NCBI GenBank assembly: GCA_964590205.1 | Contig: CAZPVO010000002.1 | Location: 1,005-65,004 of the forward strand | Length of the DNA: 64,000 bases | Direction of reading: 5' to 3' | Source of the DNA: an uncultured Candidatus Saccharibacteria bacterium | GTDB lineage: Bacteria; Patescibacteriota; Saccharimonadia; Saccharimonadales; JAGQNJ01 | Shown: in pieces, positions 35,704-42,831 of the stretch | How positions within the stretch are numbered: the first letter of the stretch is position 1 | How the letters are laid out: the number at the start of each line of letters is the position of its first letter | The notes under the pieces: model-generated | What the model was told of the DNA's origin: nothing | The model's database searches: none | Seen by the model: the letters and a program-made list of their open reading frames with translations, nothing else | Translations under genes and position numbers: made by a program

Positions 35704-35738
35704 TTTTTGAGCTTTTTATCTAATGCTATGCTTAAGGA

Positions 35739-36416
35739 ATGGTACAAAATGCAGGCTTATTAATGCTCCGTTCATTTCAGCAACAGAACTCTCGAACATT
35801 TGTTGAACTATGCAAAGAAGCAGGTTACCCAACAGACTTGGGGGGCTATTACTTGCGTCAACTTCTGAACAGTCAATATTTGGAAAAGGGCAAGCGTGGT
35901 GAGTACCTTTTAGCTGCAAAAGGACGACAATACCTAGCCACCACAAAAGACAAGCCCAAAACAGCTCCTAGGCCACACATATTAGTGGTTCCTACTGTTG
36001 GTAAAAATTTTGTAGCTATTGAGCGTTCGGCTCAACCTTTTCTAAAAAGGAAGGAATGGCCAGCAACATTGATACACAGTGGAGAAGCAAAAGATGAAGC
36101 CGTTCACAGGTTACTAGCAAAACAACTAACTCAAACCGATAACATCACATATTGTGGGGTCTTTCGAAGATTAGATTATTACGAAGACCAGCTTTTTGAT
36201 GACAAGTTATTCTTTGTACACAAAGTTGATTTACAAGATATCCCAACACCTAACGATGCCAAGCATAAAATAGTTCAAATTAATGAGGGTGAAATAGAAA
36301 GGTTACAGAATAAATCTAGGAGCTTATTAGATATTTTGCACTTCGTAAACTCTGGAAAAAGCTACCAGGAACAAAAGTACACCCTGGAATACGATGACTT
36401 TGAACCCACCTCATAA
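35739..36416 (+). CDS. winged-helix regulator-like protein with C-terminal Nudix-like (degenerate) domain
   Basis: The N-terminus is MarR/wHTH-like (FVELCKEAGYPTDLGGYYLRQLLNSQYLEKGKRGEYLL). The C-terminal part has only a degenerate Nudix-box-like stretch (SGEAKDEAVHRLLAKQL). Confidence 0.45.
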   Translation: MVQNAGLLMLRSFQQQNSRTFVELCKEAGYPTDLGGYYLRQLLNSQYLEKGKRGEYLLAAKGRQYLATTKDKPKTAPRPHILVVPTVGKNFVAIERSAQPFLKRKEWPATLIHSGEAKDEAVHRLLAKQLTQTDNITYCGVFRRLDYYEDQLFDDKLFFVHKVDLQDIPTPNDAKHKIVQINEGEIERLQNKSRSLLDILHFVNSGKSYQEQKYTLEYDDFEPTS

Positions 36417-36425
36417 ACTTCAGAA

Positions 36426-36543
36426 GTTCTAGTCTGCTGCGGTAGAGTAACTTATCTTTGGTTCACCCCTCGAGAGCTGCAACCACCTAACTAGCTCTCT
36501 ACTGATATGGTTCCAATCCGAATGTACTTGGGCAACCATAAGC
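36426..36543 (+). repeat. tRNA-fMet-like 118-nt repeat, copy 2
   Basis: Starts 10 nt after the ORF 35739-36416 stop. Aligns with copies 1 and 3. Ends GGGCAACCATAAGC. Confidence 0.8.
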
Positions 36544-36549
36544 ATTTTG

Positions 36550-36575
36550 ACCTCTGTCTAATCGCAGAGGTTTTT
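36550..36575 (+). terminator. intrinsic terminator after repeat copy 2
   Basis: ACCTCTG-tctaatcg-CAGAGGT followed by TTTT. Confidence 0.7.
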
Positions 36576-36627
36576 CAGTAAATTATTCGAGTATTTTGAC
36601 ATATTGAGTGTGCTATTATAAAACTTA

Positions 36628-37233
36628 ATGACTAACCCAAATCAGCAAGCAGCTGAACAGCCCTCTACCCCACAGCAAGCTGCAGGTATATTCACACAAA
36701 TTGGTGAGTTGACTGCATTCCAAGGCAAGCAATACGGTGATACCCATTCTTTTAGTGATAAACAAGTCGAAGTTCCAGACAGTATTGCTACACATTTCCC
36801 TAAAGCCGAAGCCGATAGTGAAAGTATTGATACAAACATGTATGTGAGTCAACATTTTGACCGAGAGTCAGGGCAGCCTCAAAGGACTGGTGTTGTCGGC
36901 ATCGTTACATTTACCCAAAGTGAAAGACACGATGCTGATTTAATTTATGCTACGCATGTTAATTATCACGTCATCAGTGATACTGGTGAAACCTTTCGTC
37001 TGGAAAGACATGTTACAAACACTGAACATGGCCCCCATAAAGTTGCAGAACATGCACTTGGTAGAGCAGCAACTCGCGAGGATATACAACGTAAACTAGA
37101 TGAAACCAGAGAATTATTAGCTAAGGTGCGGGAATCGAGAAAAGTTGAGGCAGAGTTAGGCTTGCTGACAGTATCGTCTCGTGAAGCAGAACAAATCTTG
37201 AAGGTTCTTAGTAAATATAATGAGGCAGAATAA
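36628..37233 (+). CDS. hypothetical protein (201 aa), element-borne
   Basis: ORF only. No family recognised. Confidence 0.55.
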   Translation: MTNPNQQAAEQPSTPQQAAGIFTQIGELTAFQGKQYGDTHSFSDKQVEVPDSIATHFPKAEADSESIDTNMYVSQHFDRESGQPQRTGVVGIVTFTQSERHDADLIYATHVNYHVISDTGETFRLERHVTNTEHGPHKVAEHALGRAATREDIQRKLDETRELLAKVRESRKVEAELGLLTVSSREAEQILKVLSKYNEAE

Positions 37234-37242
37234 AGACCACAG

Positions 37243-37357
37243 GTTCTACAATTATGCGGTAGAGTATGCTAACTGATGCTCAACTCTAGAAAGCTGTAAC
37301 CACCTAACTAGCTCTCTATTGATTAGGTTCCAATTCGAATGTACCCCCGCAACCAAG
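37243..37357 (+). repeat. tRNA-fMet-like repeat, copy 3 (most tRNA-like)
   Basis: Starts 10 nt after the ORF 36628-37233 stop. Its 3' end CCCCCGCAACCAAG is identical to the tRNA-fMet 3' end plus flank. 5' TGCGG can pair with 3' CCGCA. Confidence 0.8.
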
Positions 37358-37363
37358 AAAAGA

Positions 37364-37390
37364 GTTTCACCATTATGGTGGAACTTTTTT
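37364..37390 (+). terminator. intrinsic terminator after repeat copy 3
   Basis: GTTTCACC-attat-GGTGGAAC followed by TTTTTT. Confidence 0.7.
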
Positions 37391-37442
37391 CTTTATTGGA
37401 GCAAGATTCGGTTCTGCGACTTGGCTGCTTTAGTAGACAATA

Positions 37443-37521
37443 GTCGCAGGTTCGGTCGTTAGTCTGTTGCCCGAGAGAATCTCGGCGTACAGATTAACGT
37501 GCGATTGTCCTGCCCCCGCAA
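37443..37521 (+). other. split remnant of tRNA-fMet 3' half (possible old att junction)
   Basis: GTCGCAGGTTCG ... 52-nt insert ... GTCCTGCCCCCGCAA, then AAAGTAAAAT, which resembles the tRNA flank CCAAGTAAGAAT. Confidence 0.55.
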
Positions 37522-37573
37522 AAAGTAAAATCCTCATCGTAAGATAGGGATATTATTTTGGTATGATTAGTTT

Positions 37574-38317
37574 ATGCAGATACTTGAAACGAATAACTTC
37601 GAGGTAGCAGCTAATATAAAAGGCGATCCTAATGCAAAGCAAGTCGTCATATTAATGCCAGGCCGTTTGGATACTAAGGATTATGCAAACTTTGTTAGTC
37701 ATCTAAACGTTTTAGCCAGCGAAGGTTTTTACGCAGCAGCAATAGATGTACCAGGAACCTGGGACAGTCCAGGAGACATAGCCAACTACTCAACCAGTAC
37801 ATATATACAGACCGTAAACGAGTTGATTGATTACTTTGGCAATCGCCCTACCGTACTTCTTGGGCACAGCCGTGGTGGCGCGACAGCAATGTTAGCATCT
37901 GAAAATCCAAACGTTGTGGGCCTTGTGCTGGTAAATGCGGCCTACGGCAATCCATCAGCCCCAGATCAGGCAAGTGTTGAAAGCAATGTACATCCAGAAG
38001 GCAGAGACCTGCCACCTGGAAATGTGCGTACTAAAGAGCAAAAACATTTTGACCTACCAATGAACTATTTTGAAGATGGGGCTAAATATAATCCGTCGCA
38101 GGCGCTTGCTAATTTCGACGGCCTTCGACTTTTAATTCACGGGACAAAAGACGAATTTGTTCCCATAGACAAAGTGAAATCAATTTACAGCAGCTTATCT
38201 GATCCTAAAATGTTTCTTGAAGTTGACAGCGCACACGATTATCGCTTATACCCAGAAGTTATTGAAGAAGTAAACGAAGCATTGCGAGATTTTATTGGTA
38301 AGTTGGTTGTGGGTTAG
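37574..38317 (+). CDS. alpha/beta hydrolase
   Basis: Nucleophile elbow GHSRGG and C-terminal acid/His region (...GTKDEFV...SAHDY). Confidence 0.7.
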   Translation: MQILETNNFEVAANIKGDPNAKQVVILMPGRLDTKDYANFVSHLNVLASEGFYAAAIDVPGTWDSPGDIANYSTSTYIQTVNELIDYFGNRPTVLLGHSRGGATAMLASENPNVVGLVLVNAAYGNPSAPDQASVESNVHPEGRDLPPGNVRTKEQKHFDLPMNYFEDGAKYNPSQALANFDGLRLLIHGTKDEFVPIDKVKSIYSSLSDPKMFLEVDSAHDYRLYPEVIEEVNEALRDFIGKLVVG

Positions 38318-38372
38318 ATTAAAGTACTGGCTAAAAAAAGCGTACAATATAAATAACTAACTAGGAGTTTTT

Positions 38373-38609
38373 ATGTTCGAAGCAGTTTCATTACTAGGTT
38401 TTACGCTCAGCACCGTTTGGGCAATTATTATTTTGATCGTTTGGATCGCAATTGCTTTTTGGCCTGCTCGCGTAGCCGCTCGAAAAGGTTATAGCTTTCT
38501 GCTCTTTTTCATTCTGAGTCTATTCTGTTTTTTCTTGTCACTTTTGGTCGCATATTTGATGCCTCGTAAAAACCCACCGGTCGCTCCTGCGGCTCCAACT
38601 GAAGGCTAA
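38373..38609 (+). CDS. small membrane protein (78 aa)
   Basis: Two hydrophobic helices. RBS AGGAG upstream. Confidence 0.55.
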   Translation: MFEAVSLLGFTLSTVWAIIILIVWIAIAFWPARVAARKGYSFLLFFILSLFCFFLSLLVAYLMPRKNPPVAPAAPTEG

Positions 38610-38624
38610 TTCGCTCGACAAAGT

Positions 38625-38900
38625 ATGGTAAAGCTCCGTCTAGGCATTATATTGATGATTGTTTCCTGGCTCCCTTTTGCTCAGGTAATTATTCTTGTAG
38701 CTCAAAGCAATGGTCAGCTCACCTCAGCCAGTGCGGCAAGTGAATTTCGACTCAGTGTTTGGGCGATTCAAATCGTTATTGGTATTATCGGTGTTTTCTT
38801 AGTTGGCAAAATTGCTGTTGCAGTCGCTAAAAAAGATGGCTGGCGAAAAACACCTCGAAACTTGTGGAAACTATTTAAGCAAGGTCCGCAGGAAGAGTAG
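38625..38900 (+). CDS. small membrane protein (91 aa)
   Basis: Two hydrophobic helices. Confidence 0.5.
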   Translation: MVKLRLGIILMIVSWLPFAQVIILVAQSNGQLTSASAASEFRLSVWAIQIVIGIIGVFLVGKIAVAVAKKDGWRKTPRNLWKLFKQGPQEE

Positions 38901-40073
38901 CTAGTTTTTTGCTTTGACAGGTCGTTTAGCCAAATTGTATTGAGGTTTTGGCATGTGTGCGTGAAGTTCAAGCAGCAGTGAGCCAACACCAATCCATACA
39001 GTGGCAGCAAGCACGAAAATGCCGATTATCGGTACAAACAATAATACGAGTAAAACTGCTGAGCCAACGAGCATTATGAGCAGGGCATTTGTTGAACCCC
39101 TTAACATCAATCGACCAAAGTAATAGGCCGCGACGGGACCACAAAGCAGCATAATGACTAGCCATACCAGTCCTCCAAGAATCGCTAACGGAATTCCAAT
39201 GATTGTAACAGCAATCAAAAATAGCACCGGTGGTACCACGATCTGGGCGACAAGTCCTACTAACAAGGCTTTCCAAGGTCGAGGCATTGCCCGGCTGCTG
39301 GCGTTATCGAAGAATCGAGGCATGATCAGTACCAAAATCATTGCCGTGAAGAACATGGCAAAAAATGCATAAATCACAAAGGCAAGCTTTATACCCGTGC
39401 CAATCACAAGCAAATTCGGGCCATTGTCCTTCTGCTGTTTTGGAATTGTCTGATTGACAGCTCCGCCAACCGTTGCACCATTATCCTTAGTCAATAAATT
39501 GCTACTTGTGTAATCAACATTGCCGCCAATGTGTGCTGTAGAAGTTAAATGCAAATCATCTGTCGAAGTTTTAACATTTCGGCCAACATTGCCAGCAATC
39601 GTTAAGCTTCCGCTGCCAGCTACCACATCCCTGCCCACAGAACCATTAAGATTTGCCATAGCGTTTCCAAGAGTTAGATCACCGCCAATTTTGGCATTTG
39701 AGTCAAGCACAAATGATTGTGCAATAACTGTAGCATTGCCGCTAACATCACCAAGGAGATTAACAGTTTGGCCAGCAACACGAATATTACCGTTAATCTT
39801 GCCGCTAACTGTTACAGTTTGGCCGGCGCAAATAATGTCGCCATTAACTGTCCCCGAAACCGTAACTGTTTGGCCAGCGCAGTAGATGTCGCCATTAACC
39901 TGGTTGCTAACCGTAACCGTGTTACCAGCTGCATAAACACTCGAATCCGTTACTGGCTGATTTACATCCGCATTACTTCCCGAATAAAAACTCTGCGCGC
40001 TAGCCATGCCAACAATTGACATACCCAGCACTATTGTTAGTGCAGCTGCGAGGGCCACTAATAATCTCTTCAT
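38901..40073 (-). CDS. secreted beta-helical repeat (bactofilin-like) protein with C-terminal multi-TM anchor
   Basis: Signal peptide, then repeated NGDI.CAGQTVTVSG.VNG units, then about 4 C-terminal TM helices. Confidence 0.55.
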   Translation of the reverse strand: MKRLLVALAAALTIVLGMSIVGMASAQSFYSGSNADVNQPVTDSSVYAAGNTVTVSNQVNGDIYCAGQTVTVSGTVNGDIICAGQTVTVSGKINGNIRVAGQTVNLLGDVSGNATVIAQSFVLDSNAKIGGDLTLGNAMANLNGSVGRDVVAGSGSLTIAGNVGRNVKTSTDDLHLTSTAHIGGNVDYTSSNLLTKDNGATVGGAVNQTIPKQQKDNGPNLLVIGTGIKLAFVIYAFFAMFFTAMILVLIMPRFFDNASSRAMPRPWKALLVGLVAQIVVPPVLFLIAVTIIGIPLAILGGLVWLVIMLLCGPVAAYYFGRLMLRGSTNALLIMLVGSAVLLVLLFVPIIGIFVLAATVWIGVGSLLLELHAHMPKPQYNLAKRPVKAKN

Positions 40074-40165
40074 AATTCCCCCTTGTTTATATTTGTATTG
40101 TACACCTGTATATTGTGAAATTGCAGCTATTTATCGACCATGTTTTGCGTTATTACAATATTTTG

Positions 40166-40345
40166 TTGACAAGAAGATTTAAAAGAGTACATTACAAAAC
40201 ATGGTATCAATTAACCTTTGTGCTCTTAAGTCAATGCCGGCGGCCACGATTGTGGTAGTAGCGGGGAGTGCCTAGGTTTTTGCCAGTTTAAATTAATCAA
40301 TTCGAGCGAACCAAGCCTCCCCACCAAAATCGGGGAGGTTTTTAT
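40166..40345 (+). promoter_or_regulatory. promoter plus ~150-nt structured leader ending in an intrinsic terminator (attenuator/riboswitch-like)
   Basis: TTGACA-N16-TACATT at 40166-40193. Terminator GCCTCCCC-accaaaatc-GGGGAGGT + TTTTTATTT at 40315-40345. Upstream GGGGAG (40263-40268) could alternatively pair with CTCCCC. Confidence 0.45.
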
Positions 40346-40367
40346 TTGCCGAGAGAGGAGAACAAAA

Positions 40368-40664
40368 GTGCCTTTGCCAGAAGTTCCTGAAATTCCACTG
40401 GAACGCGAATTCGAGTATATTCAGCGTGCCGAACTAATTGTGAATGAAGCCTGCGAGCCGGTCATTAAGGAAATGGCCGCACGGCTCATACGCAATACCG
40501 AGCGAGAATTGAGCGAACCGACTCGACCGATAAATGTTCTTCGTTTTTTATGGAAAAATTTTTGGGGTAACCAAAATATCCCTGATGTTGGTAATAATTT
40601 TGAAGGGCATAACATCAAAGAATGGACCGCTGTTCAGGATCCATCCTTTGACGTGCGTGGTTAG
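40368..40664 (+). CDS. hypothetical protein (98 aa)
   Basis: GTG start preceded by GAGAGGAG. No family recognised. Confidence 0.5.
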   Translation: MPLPEVPEIPLEREFEYIQRAELIVNEACEPVIKEMAARLIRNTERELSEPTRPINVLRFLWKNFWGNQNIPDVGNNFEGHNIKEWTAVQDPSFDVRG

Positions 40665-41125
40665 TTACCAAAAAGCTGCCTGTTTAGTTCATCTCTATCA
40701 TTCGCGCTTAGCACATAAATGTCTTGATCTAATTTAGTGGACTCGTTGAGCGAATTTTCAAATACATTTACAATTTCGCTTTCTAGATCATCTCTAGCTA
40801 TGCGGTTGATAGAAATCTTTTGGCAACCTCGGCAATGGTGAATCAGCATGATCTCACCTTGCTTGCCAAACCCCTCATGTTTAAAGGTTAGCCCAATTGG
40901 CTCCATACCACCGTGACATGTTTCACGCCTATCACCTGGTTTGTTATCGACATGCTTTGACCACAAGCATACATTGCAGTGGTTACGATTGTTGGTTCCC
41001 ATGAATGGATCAAAACCAACCCAAATTTTGCAATGACTACAGCGGAAGCCGCCAGCTTTTTCTTCACTTTTTTGTTGGCGTGCTTTTTGTTTTTCAAAAT
41101 TAAAATCATAGTTAGAATTCCTCAT
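40661..41125 (-). CDS. RNHCP-domain zinc-ribbon protein
   Basis: CSHCK...NNRNHCNVC...HHCRGC motif pattern typical of the RNHCP domain. ATG at 41125 preferred over the track GTG at 41143. Confidence 0.55.
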   Translation of the reverse strand: MRNSNYDFNFEKQKARQQKSEEKAGGFRCSHCKIWVGFDPFMGTNNRNHCNVCLWSKHVDNKPGDRRETCHGGMEPIGLTFKHEGFGKQGEIMLIHHCRGCQKISINRIARDDLESEIVNVFENSLNESTKLDQDIYVLSANDRDELNRQLFGN

Positions 41126-41390
41126 GTTAATTTCCAATCTCACGAAAAAAACCAGCCTCTCGGCTGGTCTTAAAAAGCAAGATAGAAATTAAAGTCTGGT
41201 TTAAACTAGCGTGATCAACTTAGTGACAATATTTTAGACATCAGCCAAGAGGATCCCCGAACTTCGGGGCATTGCAATTGCTGAACGGTGGCCTAAATTA
41301 TTGCTAACCATAGGAGGTAGATTAGAATATTTATTCAATTATGTCAACTATATTGCTTGTGTTTGCACTTAGTGAGAGAATTAAAACAAT

Positions 41391-42134
41391 ATGAGTGACG
41401 AAAAACAAGAAAACAAAACTTCACATTCTGAACCAACATCTGTGCATCATCCGCATCATGAAGAAACTGACACAATGTCTATTGTTGCATTAGTAGCTTC
41501 TTTCATTATGCCACCGGCTGGTCTGGCACTCGGTATTGTTGCCAACGCTGAACTAAAGAAAAAACAGGTTCAAAACAGAAGTTTGGCAGTTGCGAGTATT
41601 ATCATTTCCAGCATTCTTACAGGACTAATGGTGTTATTCCTTATTTTCTTCTTCATTGTCTGGGGCATTGTGCTCCACACCTTTACACATACCGTTGATA
41701 ACAATATACAGCAAGCCCAAAAGCAAAGTGATGTCGAAACTCAACAAGTTAATTCGACCAGCAATGCATTTATGCGAGCACTTCAAAACAAAGACTATTC
41801 AAGTGCCTATTTGCTCCTTGATGAAGATGCGCGTGTCGCAGCTGGTTCAGTCGATGCGTTCCAAAAAACACTCGTCGGTAAGGATATTAAGTCATACACA
41901 CTCGACACGCCAAAAAAGGTACCATCTAGTGATCCGCGGCCAACCCCAAGTTACTCAGGCGAACCCGTCAATACTATGCATATGCACCATTCACCAAGTG
42001 AATATGACGTCAGTGGTACTATTGTCTATACCGACGGCAAGGCTGGCACGGTGCAGTTAACGCTTGGGGGCAACTCACCAGCTCCGAATGCCACTAACTT
42101 CACAATAAGCTACTACAGTTTCATAAAAGACTAG
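41391..42134 (+). CDS. membrane protein (DUF4190-like N-terminus)
   Basis: Two TM helices (SIVALVASFIMPPAGLALGIVA...) followed by an extracytoplasmic domain. Confidence 0.55.
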   Translation: MSDEKQENKTSHSEPTSVHHPHHEETDTMSIVALVASFIMPPAGLALGIVANAELKKKQVQNRSLAVASIIISSILTGLMVLFLIFFFIVWGIVLHTFTHTVDNNIQQAQKQSDVETQQVNSTSNAFMRALQNKDYSSAYLLLDEDARVAAGSVDAFQKTLVGKDIKSYTLDTPKKVPSSDPRPTPSYSGEPVNTMHMHHSPSEYDVSGTIVYTDGKAGTVQLTLGGNSPAPNATNFTISYYSFIKD

Positions 42135-42577
42135 TTATCAGTGCGGAAGAAAAAGTTTCGCCATGCTTCGAGGTTTTGCTCGTAACCTGGTTGCTGAGTT
42201 TCTGTTTTAGGTTTTGTTTTTGCGCTAGCCGGTTGCCAATCAATTGAATGCGCCAACGCCACACTGGTTGGTACAATTAACGCCTTCTCACCAGGCGCAG
42301 CTTTGCCTAACTGCCGGCGTGCTTCGATCTCTAAAAACTGGTCTGTTTGTAAATAAGTATTTTTTAGCTTTTGGTTTTCATTTTGCAATTTACTTACTTC
42401 GTTTTCCTGCTGTAATTTAGAAATCTGATTTTGCAGATCAGCATTTGTTTGGATAGCTTTGACGCAGCTCCAACTCACCAACAAAACCAAAATCCCAAAA
42501 GCCACTTGACCAATCACCCGAACATCGGTGATGTTATGGATTATATAGTTGGTTTGATTTTTGATTTTTTCAAACAT
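42131..42577 (-). CDS. septum formation initiator (FtsB/DivIC family)
   Basis: Single TM helix, then a coiled-coil (LQNQISKLQQENEVSKLQNENQKLKN), then EIEARRQLG. Confidence 0.65.
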   Translation of the reverse strand: MFEKIKNQTNYIIHNITDVRVIGQVAFGILVLLVSWSCVKAIQTNADLQNQISKLQQENEVSKLQNENQKLKNTYLQTDQFLEIEARRQLGKAAPGEKALIVPTSVALAHSIDWQPASAKTKPKTETQQPGYEQNLEAWRNFFFRTDN

Positions 42578-42634
42578 TTTGTACCCACTATTATACAACC
42601 CTTACCAATATTCTGTTATACTCACATCTGTTAC

Positions 42635-42710
<76 letters not shown>

Positions 42711-42831
42711 CGTCAGACATCACGACAACCTCACCCTAATTTTGGTAATCGAGTGGCCAAAATCTGGTGAGGTCTTTTTGTGCCTTCCTTTTCCACAAAT
42801 TGAATCCCCTCAATTTGCGGGGTCAAGTTTC

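Larger units (their letters stand above)
28689..37521. mobile_element. integrative element at tRNA-fMet 3' end (~8.8 kb, serine-recombinase type)
   Basis: The recombinase gene abuts the tRNA. tRNA 3'-end sequences are repeated at the far side (CCCCCGCAACCAAG at 28677-28690 and 37344-37357; GTCCTGCCCCCGCAA at 28671-28685 and 37507-37521). Cargo is accessory and visibly more AT-rich. The right boundary is uncertain. Confidence 0.6.

Noticed and set aside
34933-37357. Reading the three repeats as functional tRNA genes or as integron attC sites
   Set aside because: At 115-118 nt they have no clean cloverleaf or anticodon stem, and two copies have a degenerate acceptor stem. The repeat ends do not fit the attC R''/R' (RYYYAAC/GTTRRRY) consensus, and no IntI-type tyrosine integrase is present.
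41145-41390. Hairpin with T-run on the minus strand (41145-41170) directly upstream of the RNHCP gene, plus the CCCCGAAGTTCGGGG hairpin (~41255-41270); considered as a leader or sRNA
   Set aside because: No convincing promoter or conserved motif was recognised. The region also has to host the divergent promoter of ORF 41391. The evidence is too thin to call.
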